From the NCBI GenBank assembly GCA_965603825.1, contig CBFDEM010000010.1:372001-436000 (forward strand): DNA of 64,000 nt, given 5' to 3'. This document shows positions 24,508 to 37,150 of this stretch, in pieces. Numbering within the stretch: position 1 is the stretch's first letter; each line of letters starts with the position of its first letter. The position numbers were made by a program, and so were the translations under genes. Source of the stretch: Blepharisma stoltei ATCC 30299. Taxonomy: Eukaryota; Protista; Ciliophora. The notes under the pieces are model-generated. The model made no database searches. It was not told the DNA's origin and was given only the letters and a program-made list of their open reading frames with translations.

Positions 24508-26724
24508 ATGAAAAATTGATTTGATGGCAGATCACTTGAAGAGGATCTTAAAGATAATCTTGAAGGTCTCTCAATTGAAGATAATTTAAAATCGCTGACA
24601 GAGCCAAGGCAGCAATGCAACTTTGTAGGACTAATGAATCAGTAATTTTTACTTAGAGGCGCAACATGCTATCTTAATTCTTTGATACAAGCAATGTTTA
24701 TGACACCTGAGCTTAGATCTGCTATTTTCAAACTTCCTTTATATGATAAAACTATTAACAGCCCTTCACCTTGACTGCCAGATGGCCAAAAAAGAGAAAT
24801 CCTTTCAGCACTTCAAGAATTATTTGTCAGCCTCCAAGCATTAAATTTGAAAGCCTACACAACTGAAAATTTAACTAACAGTTTTCATTGAACTAATAAA
24901 GAAGTCCACGATCAGCATGATGTTCAAGAACTTAATAGAGTTCTTTATGACACAATTGACAGAACTTTGGCAGATTCTGAATATTCTGAATTTATTTCTA
25001 ATCTTTATAAAGGAGTTTTTGTAAATGAAATACAATGCTTTAAATGTCAAGGAGTTTTTCAGATAAATGAAGACTTTTATGATATTGTGCTGCAGGTTAA
25101 AGGAAACAAAGATATAAAGGCAAGCTTAGATTCATTGCAAACTCCAGATATGCTTAGTGGAGACAATCAATATTTCTGTGAAAATTGCAAAGAAAAATGT
25201 GATGCAATGCGCTGCACAAGAATTAAGCAGCTTCCACCGATTTTGACATTTTCATTAAACAGAATCACTTTTGATGCCAAAAAAATGCAAAGGGTAAAGG
25301 TGACTGATAATTTTGAGTTTCCTTTAGAACTTGATTTATCAGCTTTTGTTGAAAAAGAAAAAAAATACGAGCTATTTGCTGTAATAATTCATTATGGCGC
25401 TGGCTCTAGTATAGGGCATTATCATGCTTATATAAGAGATGTGCTGAAAACTGGAAACTGAATAGACCCAAAAAAGACAAATAAAACCAATGAAATTGCA
25501 AAGTCAGAAAGCTCGGCGTCAGACGGCTTTAAATCATATAGCACAAGAAAAAGAGCTAGGAAAAATCTTAAAAGAAAAGGAAAACAATACCCTCAAAAGC
25601 AAAAAGAAGAGACTCAGCAAGAAGGCCCAAAAACCAATATTGATTTCGATTTTGAAGAATTCCCATATGGCTGTGAAAATAAAGAATTATTGCAAGATTG
25701 GTATGATTTTAATGACTCTTTTATCTATCCTATATATTCAGGAAAATTGTTGAAGCAATTTGGAGGTGCAAAAGAAACTGCATATATGCTAGTATATAGA
25801 GATGCCACTTTAAACCAAAATTTAACTATCCCTGATATTCCTGAATATTGAGTTAACAGCTTGGATCTCCTCTTAAAGCCTCTTATTAAAGAAAAAATCC
25901 CTGATGAGCCTTCGGCTGTAAAACCTAATGAGACTGGAACTGTGCAAAATGAATTAATAAAGCTTTATATTCATTTAACATTAACTGGTTTCCCTGATCA
26001 GTGTGAATCAATTGATGAAGTATCTGTTCCTGGAGAAATGACCCTTTTGCAGCTTAAAGAGCATATATTTCAATTACCAAAAATATATCAAGAAAATTCA
26101 TGCCCAGAAAATTTAAGAATTCGTGATAGAACTGAATATTTTTGGTTTGGAAAAATATATAGAGAAGATGATAAGTCGTTAGAAGATCTTGGAATTACTG
26201 ATGGCTCTAATTTGGCAATTCAGGTTTTGGCAGAGCCTGAATCTTTTAACCAAGGCTTTATGCAGTTTTATGTTAGCGAGTGAATAATTGATTTAAAGCA
26301 AAAAGGTCCACCTATTGAAGGCTTTTTTGATGGCTCGACCCCAAATATTGATAAATTGTATTTATGAATAATTGCTACGCTTAAAAATGACTGGAACATC
26401 AAAGACATGACAATCGCCTTATATAAGTCAGCACTCTTTGAGTGGGAGCTTATAAAAGATACAAGAAAGAAAAAAGATAGAGGATCATTGATAGAATATA
26501 AAGGCACAAGAAAATCGAAGGGAATACAGAACCTTAGAAAATCCCCTTACTTTTTAAAAGAAGGAGATTATTTGGTTGTTAAATATGATCCAGAAAATTC
26601 GTTAGACGATGATGATTTTTTGAAACTTCTTAATTGAGAAACAAAGGCGCCTATAAAGGATAATTCCGATATTAAAAACACAGAGCATCGTTCTGAAAAA
26701 TCAATCAAAATCGCAGAATTTTAA
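24508..26724 (+). CDS. Ubiquitin-specific protease (C19), USP40-like; 1 intron
   Basis: Cys box GLMNQ/GATCYLNS restored by the intron; QHDVQE, His box GHYHAYI, WYDFND; C-terminal LRKSPYFLKEGD. Confidence 0.9.
24642..24656 (+). other. 15-nt intron GTAATTTTTACTTAG
   Basis: Splicing restores NQGATCYLNS exactly. Confidence 0.93.
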
Positions 26725-26917
26725 TAAATCTGTAAATTGCATTATTTACAATTTTCTTCTTTATATGTAATTTATAAATGCATTTTACTGTTAAATAGTC
26801 ATTTAAGAATAACGATTATATAAATATAACTGAATTTAATCTGATAAATAATTAAAGCTATATAAAAGCTTTTGAAATTATGCCAAAACTATTAAAATTA
26901 ATTTTTTCTCTATTAAA

Positions 26918-27610
26918 ATGACGTCTAATTGGAATGTGAAATTTTATCCACCTCGACCCTTAGCAGATTTGCTATCATATCACAAGCATCAAAATAGATT
27001 TTCGAGTCTAAGGTCACTATCCCCTATCCTTCTCAAAGAAAAAAAATCCGAAAATTTAATTGAGCTAAAAAGTTTACTCGAAAAAGCTATCAACAGAAAA
27101 TCAAGCCCAATGAGTATTATAGAAGACTCTCCTCAAAAAGAATCAACCCCAAAAATACAAACTACAGAATCAGTTAAAAAAATTGATTTACTTCCATATA
27201 TTTATAAAAGGAAAAGGCGACGATCTAAAAAGCCATTGCTCTTTGTTCTCAATAAGTGCACATCCCCTGTAACATTCCTCTCCAATCCCGTCAATTTTCC
27301 ACGACCCAAGCCAATTCCTTCAAACCGTCAAATTTCCAAACCAAAACTCCCTACAGCAAAACAAAGCTCCCGCTCATTCTCCTTAAGCCCAGCCACTGAA
27401 GACACAATTTATGACATAAGAAGAAAGAGCGTTTTACCCGAAATCCGAAAAGACATAAGCAGAAAAGAACTTAGCCCGAATCTAATAAGAAAACTCGACT
27501 TAAGCCATTGCAGAAATCCCTCAAAAAGCAGCTTTTTGAGCAGCTCTAATGAGACTTATGACTATGTAAAAAATGAGCTGACTCCTCAGATAATGGAAAA
27601 ATGGTTTTAG
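26918..27610 (+). CDS. Hypothetical basic S/P-rich protein
   Basis: aaaATG start, 230 codons, TAG stop. Confidence 0.6.
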   Translation: MTSNWNVKFYPPRPLADLLSYHKHQNRFSSLRSLSPILLKEKKSENLIELKSLLEKAINRKSSPMSIIEDSPQKESTPKIQTTESVKKIDLLPYIYKRKRRRSKKPLLFVLNKCTSPVTFLSNPVNFPRPKPIPSNRQISKPKLPTAKQSSRSFSLSPATEDTIYDIRRKSVLPEIRKDISRKELSPNLIRKLDLSHCRNPSKSSFLSSSNETYDYVKNELTPQIMEKWF

Positions 27611-27640
27611 GTAACTTTGCATAATCTATAATATAAAGAA

Positions 27641-29326
27641 ATGGGTAAATCCGCTGAATTTTGTGTAAAATCTAAATAGGTTTCTGATAGCGGAGCAGAA
27701 TGTGCGCTTACATTGTAATAATCACTCAGAATTTTCCCTCTGATAACTTGGCTAAGTCTAATCGTTGTATGGATATTCTCTAGAAAAGCTCAAATAGAAG
27801 ATGCTGACGAAATTGAGGCAAATTATACATTTAACCACATAGTCAAGCTTACAATGTCAATGCTGTGTGCTGGAACTTCAGTGGCTTTATTTTTCTGGAA
27901 TGTAATTTGTGAGGATACTGTTGTTGGAGGACCATTAATAGAAGATATAGGAGATGCATTTACATGGATCATGGCTAGTATATTGCTAAGAAAAGAATAT
28001 CTAGCCACAGGCAGAACAAGTTTGGCGCTGAGGATATGATGGGTTGTGGTAATGGTAGAAGAAATTCTTATAATAACCCTTATGAGTGCTTATGACGGTG
28101 GGAGGCCTTATTTTGATCACATTAGGATTGAGCTTGTAGTGGCTTTACTTTTATATACAGGCTTGGCGTTAATTGGATACTTAAGACCAAGCGATATGGC
28201 CTTAGACAAAAAAGATGTAGTAGAGGGGTACTATAAAAAAGTTCTTGACAATTATACAAGAATGCAAACACCTCAGGAGATGAAAGAAGATATATGGGGC
28301 AAACTTGAGGATATAAAAGTTATTGAGGAAGAAGAGAAGAAGCTAAACTTAGAAAAAAATCTGTCAATGAGAGAAAAAATTATGACTATTGATGTAGATG
28401 GGTATGAAATTATAGATCAAGGCGGAGAGCCAGCAATATATTATAATGTGACAGTCAGGAAAGGAAAAGTTGGGAAAATATTAGAAAAAACCAAAAGAAA
28501 ATATGAAGAATTTGCAGGACTGTATAAAGAGCTACAAATTCGGTTCCCAAGCTTATCTTTTCCTCCTCTTCCACCGCTAATTCCAAGCCAGTAAGTTTTA
28601 TATAGAAATCGGTACCGTGAAGATATTCTTAAAGGGCGCCAAAAAGTCTTTGATGAGCTTATGAAATTTTTGGTCGTTAAAAATATTCCTCTTGAAGCCT
28701 ATAAAGATTTTTTGCTTCCAAACTCAGCTCTTGCCTTTTATGGCAAAGAAGCAAACAGTGAAGTTTATTTGCCTTCTTTCCAAGCGCCTGTGGTTGTCTC
28801 AGTCGAAGAAGTCAAAGAAATCAAAGAGATAAAAGAAATTTCTGAAACAAAAGAAACTATAAATTCAGAGCCAAAATCTCCTAAAAAAAAGAAAAAAGAA
28901 ACCAGCGAAATCTCTATGGAGCCTATTTCTCCATCGCCAATAATAGAAGAAAAAAGAGAACTAAGAAGCCAAAGTTTAATAATAGAGCCAGCTTGCCGAG
29001 TAAATATTTTATCTACCTATGAGTCAGGCTCAGGATATAGCAGACACACTATGTACGAAATTGGCGTGAAATATGGAAAAGAGCATATAATATGCGCTCA
29101 CCGATTCAAAGATTTCAAAAAACTCTATGAAGAACTGAAAAAAGATTTCAGCACCTTGCCTGAATTGCCGTCATCTGGGCTTACTTTTTCATCAACTGAT
29201 CCAGAAATTGTGTCTGAAAGAAGAGATAAATTAGAAAGATTTTTAGCTGAATGCGTAGAAAACCCAGCAATCAGAAGTCATCAGGCTGTAATGGACTTTC
29301 TTGAGCTTAATAAATCTACAAGCTAA
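27641..29326 (+). CDS. Multi-pass membrane protein with two PX (phox homology) domains; 3 introns
   Basis: Hydrophobic N-terminal segments; PX1 KRKYEEFAGLYKELQIRFPSLSFPPLPP; PX2 HRFKDFKKLYEEL...LPELPS...ERRDKLERFL. Confidence 0.8.
27665..27679 (+). other. 15-nt intron GTAAAATCTAAATAG
   Basis: GT..AG, A10, removes an in-frame TAG. Confidence 0.78.
27715..27729 (+). other. 15-nt intron GTAATAATCACTCAG
   Basis: GT..AG, A10, removes in-frame TAA TAA. Confidence 0.78.
28591..28605 (+). other. 15-nt intron GTAAGTTTTATATAG
   Basis: Joins the two parts of PX1 in frame. Confidence 0.88.
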
Positions 29327-29337
29327 AATAACAAATA

Positions 29338-30738
29338 TTATCATTTAACATTTTTATATTGATTGAATAAGACTTTAAGCTTCCCTTCATTTGCTATAAG
29401 TAAGATGTGGCTGATTATTAAATCACTTCCGGTATCTAATAATGTTTGCTGCACTTTCTTGATAACAATTTCAGGCACAAAAACCCCATGGGCTGCACTT
29501 TTATGGTCCCCAACAGTAAAGGACTCATAGCTGCTGTTTTTATATGATTTTTTCCTACTTAATATAGGGTTCACCCGCGGGACCCAGTTGCAAAAAGTAT
29601 TCCAAATACAAATTTTCCCGTTTTCTGACCCAGATACCAAATGCATACTATTATGCGAAAAACTTGCTTTTAAAGGAAATTTTTCGTTTTTGCATCCTTT
29701 ATATTTTTGTTTTATATTGAAATCTTCAAGACTATAAAGCCTGATTCTTGAGTCATTTGTGGTTACAATAAACTGCTGGTCATCTAGAAAATCAAACCCC
29801 GTGATTTTTCGGCCATCTTTTTTCCTTCCTTTTCGGTTTTTGCATTGGATTTGGGTAAGAAATGAAAGTTTCATTTCTTGAAAATTAGTCTCATATATCA
29901 TACACTGCCCATGAGAAAGACCAAGAAGAATAAAATGCCCTAAAGGGCTAAATGTAGCTGCTGTTATAAAATCGGGAGCTTGATAATAGCATTCTAAAGA
30001 ATAATTGGGGATATTTCAGATTCTTACCATTCTGTCAAAGCAGCCTGTTAAGAAATAATTTGCATTTTCTGGGTGAAAGCATACGCTACTTACAATTTGT
30101 GGGTGCTTAAATTCGAGAACTGGGGCATTATTGCCAATTCTTCATAGATAAACCATACAGTCTGCTCCTGCTGAAATTAAGAATGTAGAACTCTTTGACC
30201 ATGATAAATCAATAACAGGCTGATTATGCCCTTCTAATAAATTAACTGGCTCTTCACTAAACAATTTAAAATTTTCATTCATAAATTGGTATCGAAATTC
30301 ATATAATTTAATTGCTGGATCATCCCCTGCTGCAGCTAAATATTTCCCATCAGGACTGATTTTAAGTACTCAAGCTCTATAAGCTGCGTCTTGATTTATC
30401 GTGATTTCTTGGACAATTTCTAATCCAGCGAACTCATATGAGTCCTTTCGATTTTTTTTGACGAAATTTTTTGAAGACCACGTGAAGAGCATTGATTGAT
30501 CTGAATCTTTAGGGCATGACTGGTCTGTTGAGTACTGAGAAAGAGAAGTAGGGTTTGACTTATTTTCACTGTCTTTTGCCCCCGTTTGGGAGTAAAAAGG
30601 AGTGATGTCGATTTCAATCTGAGCAGATGGTACGTTTAAGGAGCCATAAGATGATGTTCTCTTAATTGGTGTGGTAAGCTCTTCTTTTGTTTCTGCTGCA
30701 TCAAAGAACTCTTCATCGCTCGCTCCTGATGTTTCCAT
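29338..30738 (-). CDS. WD40-repeat protein, WDR44-like, with N-terminal FFAT motif
   Basis: EEFFDAAE (FFAT); GHNQPVIDLSWS, TGCFDRMVRIW(TGA)N and VTTNDSRIRLY; ends TGA(Trp)-TAA. Confidence 0.87.
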
Positions 30739-30790
30739 ATTATGAAGATTTGTTTAATTTACTGCAAGAATTTAGCTTAAAGTTAATTAC

Positions 30791-32248
30791 TTAATGAGCT
30801 GGGTGTTCGTGACCTTCTGGGTGAGGATGTGCATGTGGCTCTGGGTGAGGATGAGCATGTTCTGGGTGAGGGTGAGCATGTTCTGGATGAGGGTGAGCAT
30901 GGGTCTCAGCTGGGGCGTGAGGATTTCTGAAGTGGACTCCTGCATATCTTGCTCTTGCTCCAAGTTGTTCCTCAATTCTTAAAATTTGGTTGTACTTAGA
31001 AAGTCTTTCAGATCTGCAAGGAGCGCCAGTCTTGATTTCTCCAGTCCCAAGGCCAACGACTAAGTCAGCAATAAAGTTGTCTTCAGTTTCTCCACTTCTG
31101 TGGCTGACCATGACTCCCCATCCTGCACCTTGTGCCATCTTGCAAGCTTCAATAGCTTCAGTGAGTGACCCAATTTGGTTTACCTTCAACAACAAAGCAT
31201 TGCAAGCTTTCTCCTCAATTGCTTTAGCAACTCTGACTGGGTTGGTGACCAACAAGTCATCTCCAACAATTTGGATGTGAGCTCCAACATCACGGGTGAT
31301 GGCTGCATAATGGAGCCAGTCGTCTTGGTCAAATGGATCTTCAATTGATACCAAAGGATAGTTGTTGATGAAATTCTTATAGACATTGGTCAGCTCTTCT
31401 CCTGTAAGTCTTTGGCTGCCATCATTATTAGCAGTCTTGAAGTCCAAGTCGTATTTATTTTGGTCACTCTTGTAGAATTCTGATGCTGCGACGTCCATGC
31501 CGATTTTGACTTTTCCGTCGTGTCCAGCTTTGTGAATGGCTTCCATTAAAAGAGTCAAGGCTTCAGTGTTGTCTTGAATGTTAGGGGCAAATCCACCTTC
31601 ATCTCCAACGTTTGTGGCATCAAGGCCGTATTTGGTTTTGATGACAGCTTTGAGGTTGTGGTAGACTTCAGCGCCGATTTGCATGGCTTCTCTGAAAGTT
31701 TGTGCGCCAGTTGGGAGAATCATGAACTCTTGCATAGCAAGCTTGTTACCAGCGTGGGAACCACCATTGATGACATTGAAAGCTGGAACTGGAAGAATGA
31801 ATTCTTGCTCGTTGTTTCCAGCAAGGCGGGCAAGGTATTGGTAAAGAGGAACGCCAGCGTGGGCAGCTCCTGCTCTGGCAACAGCCAATGAAACAGCTAA
31901 GATTGCATTTGCACCTAGCCTGGTCTTGCACCATCCCCATTCGTTTGAGGTTCCATCAAGCTCTCTGACTAAGAAATTGTCAAGGGCAGCTTGGTCAAGG
32001 ACTGAGCGTCCGATGATGGCTGGCTTGATGATCTGGTCAACGTTTCTGACTGCATTCAGGACTCCTTTTCCAAGGTATCTGTTCTTGTCGCCATCTCTCA
32101 TTTCGAGGGCTTCGTAGATTCCAGTGGAAGCACCGCTTGGTACAGCTGCTCTGAAGGTTCCCAAAGAGGTAGTAACATCAACTTCGACTGTTGGGTTGCC
32201 TCTTGAGTCAAGGATTTCACGAGCTTTGACGTCTTGAATTTCTGCCAT
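30791..32248 (-). CDS. ENO: Enolase with C-terminal His/Pro repeat extension
   Basis: [36 protein letters not shown] and the EWGWC insertion. Confidence 0.98.
   Translation of the reverse strand: MAEIQDVKAREILDSRGNPTVEVDVTTSLGTFRAAVPSGASTGIYEALEMRDGDKNRYLGKGVLNAVRNVDQIIKPAIIGRSVLDQAALDNFLVRELDGTSNEWGWCKTRLGANAILAVSLAVARAGAAHAGVPLYQYLARLAGNNEQEFILPVPAFNVINGGSHAGNKLAMQEFMILPTGAQTFREAMQIGAEVYHNLKAVIKTKYGLDATNVGDEGGFAPNIQDNTEALTLLMEAIHKAGHDGKVKIGMDVAASEFYKSDQNKYDLDFKTANNDGSQRLTGEELTNVYKNFINNYPLVSIEDPFDQDDWLHYAAITRDVGAHIQIVGDDLLVTNPVRVAKAIEEKACNALLLKVNQIGSLTEAIEACKMAQGAGWGVMVSHRSGETEDNFIADLVVGLGTGEIKTGAPCRSERLSKYNQILRIEEQLGARARYAGVHFRNPHAPAETHAHPHPEHAHPHPEHAHPHPEPHAHPHPEGHEHPAH
30812..30901 (-). 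repeat. 21-nt coding tandem repeat encoding HAHPHPE, four copies
   Basis: Direct reading of the enolase C-terminus. Confidence 0.9.
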
Positions 32249-32724
32249 TGATTTATTATAAGAGATTAGATTAATGGATTCAATAAATAATTTGTGTACT
32301 TACGTGTAATCTTAAATAAATGGACTATAAAATGGATACTCGATATTCAAATTTGATAAAGCGAAGCTTCTTTTCGAAAACTACTAAGGAGGTGCTCACT
32401 TTTTGCCCCTTTTTATATTTTTGATTTTATAAATTGAAATTTGCCCTTTAAAATCACTAAGGTTTATAATAGCTACCAACCAGATATTTTGACAGAACTA
32501 GAATCAAATGGCAATAAGCTAGCAAGAGATGAATTCGCTATAATCCTATAATTACTTAATTATTGATATCATGCATATCTCCTTTGAATCTGCTTAAAAA
32601 AGAATTGATCATCTTAAAATGTTTAAATCAGATTTTATTTTATTATTGGCATAATATGAGTTAGATAAATTTACATTTCTACTTTAAATAATATTTATCT
32701 GTATCTGCTCAATTTTAAGAAAAA

Positions 32725-33066
32725 TTATGAAGTCATCAATACAAAGGTTTTCGATGGGCCAATCCTTCGGCATACTTCTCTATATTCCTGTGTTGCTGCA
32801 CAAATAGGGCAAAAAAGGTGAGCTAAACAATCAGTAATGAAATGTCCGTCAATTAAGAAAGCGTCTCGAATTTTTCTCCTGTTTAGTGCTGCTCCAAGAC
32901 ACATTCCTAAGCAAACATTTAACAAAGGCCCAAAGAAATGCCCACCATTTACAATTGAAGTAGTTTTTGATTGAAGTCAACAATATCCACCTGGGATAAG
33001 ACAAGCAATAGCACAAGGCCAACGATCTCTGCATATTCCAAAAAAAGGTTCTTGGAAGTCTACCAT
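32725..33066 (-). CDS. PLAC8 family Cys-rich protein
   Basis: MVDFQEPFFGICRD...CAIACLIP, RRKIRDAFLIDG...DCLAHLFCPICAATQEYRE; one TGA=Trp. Confidence 0.88.
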
Positions 33067-33226
33067 TATAGTTTCTTTATTTTATATTTTTAAATTGATA
33101 AGTTTTTTGGTTTGAGGTAAAGGGGTTTTGGAGATTTTAATTCGAATTTTACATATTAAGTACTCAAATGCTAAGCACGCTGAATAAGTAATTAAATAAA
33201 GATTGCAGCTATCCCCCAAATTATAT

Positions 33227-34231
33227 ATGAAAGTTTGCAGATCAAGATCTAGAAGCCCTTCTTTTGAAACCCCGCTGTTTCCTCTTATTTTAGCGTTTCC
33301 AAAAAACAAATTCACAAGAGAACTCTATAAAATCTTTGAAAATGCAGTCTCGAAATACAGAATTGATAGAATTCATGTTTCATCAGAAACAGGCCTGGAA
33401 AGCTATGAAGATGGTATTGTTTATATTTATGGTCCTTCATCAAGTGAAAAATACTCAGTTGTCAAACTTATATTCAATTTATTTCTTAGCAGCCAAGAAC
33501 AGCCTATTTTATCTTTGAAAATTCTTGTCCCGGATAATATCGTTGGGATTTTGACAACTAAATATGGCAAACATCTTCATGGTCTGCAATCTTATTCTCA
33601 TGCGACTGTTATCATATACAAACAAATCCCAAATCTAAGGGAACGGCAAATAAAGCTTGAAGGCAGATCATCAGATTTAGGCCTCGCAATAAAGTGCATT
33701 TACTCTTTAATAGTAGAAAGTAGCCATTTTTCTAAGCCAAAATCTCCAGCTGATCATAGAAGTGTACAATTTGTTATTCCAGAAGAATGCGCTAAATATA
33801 TCATAGGCAAGCATGGAACGTTTATCAAATGAATAAAAACAGAGTTCAATGTAAAAATTAAAGTTATAAAAAATGAAGAAAAATTTTCTAAGGGCAATGA
33901 ACAAGTTGTGGTAAATACTATGTAGATTCTCCTCGGTGAATCATCTCAGGTTAAAAAATCATTGAATGTTATAATAGATAGAATAATTCAAGGAATCAAA
34001 TCAATTTACAGTTCTAGTGATTTAGATTTAAAAATGCTAATTCACAAAGACACAATTAAGGATTTTAATCGTATTTTTAAAGATGCTGCTAGGAAATCTG
34101 GAACTAGAATAAATGCAATTAATGAAGCAGATGGTGATGCTTGAAAATTAATTGCTATTAATGGAATACTAGAAGCAAAAATAGACGCTGCAGAAAAAAT
34201 TTTGGATTATATTACCAATGGTAATTCTTAG
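33227..34231 (+). CDS. KH-domain RNA-binding protein; 1 intron
   Basis: LKILVPDNIVGIL and FVIPEECAKYIIGKHGTFIK (GxxG); two TGA=Trp. Confidence 0.8.
33911..33925 (+). other. 15-nt intron GTAAATACTATGTAG
   Basis: GT..AG, A10, removes an in-frame TAG. Confidence 0.85.
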
Positions 34232-34332
34232 GTATATTTTAAAAACTTTTTTAATTAAAAAATTCTGTTAATCTGCACTGGCCATCCCAATTACAATTAC
34301 CAGCTATTAAAAAGATATTAATAAGCAAGGAT

Positions 34333-35040
34333 TTATAAATTAATGGTCGCTTTATACTTATGCAAGATGAACTCCCTCAATCCGCTGGAACTTAAAATCC
34401 TCGAAACTTCTCCATGCTCACTGAAAGCAGTTTCTAGTTCCTTGATTCCTAAATCTTCACTATTTCCCAATAAAACTTTATAAGTTTCTTCGATATATTT
34501 GTCTTCTTCTTGGCTCAAAGATTCCCCATATTGAGAAATCTCCTCTGAGCTAAGTTTATCTGGGCCTTCTCCAATAGCCAGCAATGGTGTATGATGTAGA
34601 CTCACCACAAATAAATCCAAAACCATTTTTCTCAAATTGCCTGGCTTCAGGAGACGATCATTATTATCTTTGTATTCCTCAAACAAGACTTTTAATTTCT
34701 TGTCAATTTCACTCGTAGATAAAAGAACTGCTGATGTAATGATTTTTGTTAAATCCAATAATTTTCCATCCTCAAAGGAAGTAAAGTACTTAAATAAAGG
34801 ATTATCTGGCTCTTCCATTGCAGAACGATTTAACCCGAGCTCATGCAGCGCTCTTTTGAGCTGGGGTATGCTTAATTGTTTTTGGAGGCCTTCTCTTTTG
34901 AAGCTTTCCACTATTTTCTGCAATGGTTTTTTAGCGAAAAGGGATTCTCGCTCATTCTTCCTGATAGTCAGTTCTTGGGTGGGTAACTGAAGCAATTGTT
35001 GAGGAGGCTGGACGATATTTAAGGATGAACAGCAACCCAT
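34333..35040 (-). CDS. Predicted N-acylated (MGCCSS) protein with degenerate EF-hand-like helices
   Basis: MGCC N-terminus; KKLKVLFEEYKDNNDRLL. Confidence 0.7.
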   Translation of the reverse strand: MGCCSSLNIVQPPQQLLQLPTQELTIRKNERESLFAKKPLQKIVESFKREGLQKQLSIPQLKRALHELGLNRSAMEEPDNPLFKYFTSFEDGKLLDLTKIITSAVLLSTSEIDKKLKVLFEEYKDNNDRLLKPGNLRKMVLDLFVVSLHHTPLLAIGEGPDKLSSEEISQYGESLSQEEDKYIEETYKVLLGNSEDLGIKELETAFSEHGEVSRILSSSGLREFILHKYKATINL

Positions 35041-35129
35041 TTATCTTATAACTGAGAAGACATTTAATTCATTCAATTTTAATTAGACTTTATCATCTAA
35101 CTGGGATAAATACAATTTAAATAAATTAA

Positions 35130-35759
35130 TTATGATACAGGAACTTGTGGGCCATTTGGACTTGAAAGCTGAAACCTGCAGATAGGACAGGTGTTGTGCA
35201 TCCTGAGCCATGTTGAAAGACAACTATCGTGGAAATCATGCTTGCAAGGCATTTGTCGGATTTTATCTTCTTCTCTATAGTTATCTTGGCAAATTGGGCA
35301 TACTGATTTTGCGATTGTACAATTAATTAAGGGCAAAGAGTTAATGGCCTCTTCAGATGCAGGTGGAGAGCCTTGCTGATTTTGTTGGGCTTGATTTAGT
35401 ATATCTAGAAGTGATACAAAATTCATAAATGATGAAAAATTTGCAAAGTCTTGAGGATTTGTATTCCTTAAAGATACCGGGATATAGAGGTTTGTTTGTG
35501 TCACAATCACAGAGCCATCTGGCATTAGATTAAAAACTCGATGTATATGTAGATCATAGAGAGGTTGATTTGTGCTCTGTGAAGGGTTTTCTTCTCGTCC
35601 GGATGTGGACGGGAAAGATTGTGATTGAGGATTCGGAGTCTTATCGTGAACTGATTGAGATGAACATCTTGAGCATCTCATGGGCTGGTTTAAGTCTTGT
35701 AAATAATCGCTTTGGCATGCGTCGCAGTGGAAGCTTTTCATATGATAGTCTGTATTCAT
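35130..35759 (-). CDS. RING-H2 E3 ligase, RNF126/RNF115-like
   Basis: N-terminal CxxC..CxxC; PPASEEAINSLP; CPICQ..MPCKHDFHDSCLSTWL..CPICR. Confidence 0.9.
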   Translation of the reverse strand: MNTDYHMKSFHCDACQSDYLQDLNQPMRCSRCSSQSVHDKTPNPQSQSFPSTSGREENPSQSTNQPLYDLHIHRVFNLMPDGSVIVTQTNLYIPVSLRNTNPQDFANFSSFMNFVSLLDILNQAQQNQQGSPPASEEAINSLPLINCTIAKSVCPICQDNYREEDKIRQMPCKHDFHDSCLSTWLRMHNTCPICRFQLSSPNGPQVPVS

Positions 35760-36226
35760 TTTTTATAGATTTGATAGAGGTATTTTCTTTAAAGACAATA
35801 GATGTTTCTAGAAATAGATGCCATTAGCAATATAAAAATGAAGTCGAATATGATATCAGAAAGTCTTTAGAAGTGAAAATATCAAGTTTTGCCAATACTG
35901 AAATGGTAAAAATCTTTTTTAATTGAAGATTTATTTATCCAGTTATGATTATGAATATAAAATTTATTAAATTAATAGTTCTTTTCTTTTAGCTGCTTTG
36001 TGAGCAGCCATGAGCTTTTTAGATCAAATTTAATTGAGACTTAATCAGAAGAAGTAAATTCATTATAGATTAACTGGGTTTGATTTTTACTAAAATTTAC
36101 ATGTATTGAAATAGCTTAATTTTATATCCTTCTCATGATAAAATCCTATTACTATAAGAATGACTTAATTATTAATATATTAAATACATGTCAAAAGTCA
36201 TGTAATTTTATAATTTACAAACTTAA

Positions 36227-37150
36227 ATGATTTCTAAATCTTCCTTCAATGGAGTAATCGTCAGATCAACCTTTACTATAACAGAAGAAGACCCAAAAAT
36301 CAGCGAATCAAAAGCTCCTGCTTCAGAACTTTCCCCAGGAGTCGACTCTATAAAGTTGACAATTAAAGAATCATCCAAAAGTGAGCGTCGAAATTTAATG
36401 AGAGGCACATTTGCTGGCTCAGCTTCCCCTAAAGTCAACCAAAGCAAAAATTGCCACATTTGTGGGAAAAAATTCAAGTTAGGCTTAAAATATACCTGCA
36501 AAATCTGCCTGCAAGCTGTATGTGGTGAAGATTCTCAGAAAAAGCCTTTTGGAGACAACCCCAAAAAGAGAAGAATATGCAACCAATGTGATGAAGCTGA
36601 GACCAGACAAATTGTCAGGGAAGAGCTAAAAGAAAATTTAGAAAGGGTTCATGAAGAATTAAGATCAGCTAAAGGCTGTTATGACAGATTAAACAGGGAA
36701 AGGTTCGATAAAACAGCAAAAATCAATGAATTTGAATTTATCAAAAAATCAATGAAAGCCCAGCACGAACAAAAAATGCAAAAACTGCAAAATCAGCTTG
36801 ATGAAGAAAAACAAAGGTCATCTGACCAAAGAATTTCTATTGAAAATTTAGAAAAAACAATTTCTAATTTAAATTTATCAAAGCGAGAGTGATCAGAAAA
36901 GTGTGAAGCTAAAAAAAACGAAACAGAAGAGTGATCCAAAAGGCTGGATTTATTATTAGAAAGGAGAAATCTTTTAGCGAATCAGGCTGAGCATTTAGAG
37001 CATATTATGGATGGGAAAGTTGCAATTGAGGAACTAGAGAAGAGGCTTTGTAGTAAATGCAAAAAGAAAGTTTTCCATAATAACCAGGAGTGCAGAAGCG
37101 ATCTGTCAATGGTGCATTATCAAAGCAGCGATACCCAAAAGATTGTATAA
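36227..37150 (+). CDS. FYVE-like zinc finger plus coiled-coil protein
   Basis: CHICGKKF..CKICLQAVCGEDS..RRICNQC; frame continues past two TGA to TAA at 37150. Confidence 0.78.

Noticed and set aside
21351-26724. Fragmented ORFs as pseudogenes or operon-like gene clusters
   Set aside because: Fragments share a frame and are separated only by TGA at Trp positions or by 15-nt introns
31920-31950. Enolase EWGWC insertion as a novelty
   Set aside because: Known signature shared by plant and alveolate enolases
32250-32720. Possible ncRNA in the longer intergenic region upstream of enolase
   Set aside because: No recognisable tRNA, snRNA or snoRNA motifs by eye; a covariance-model search would be needed
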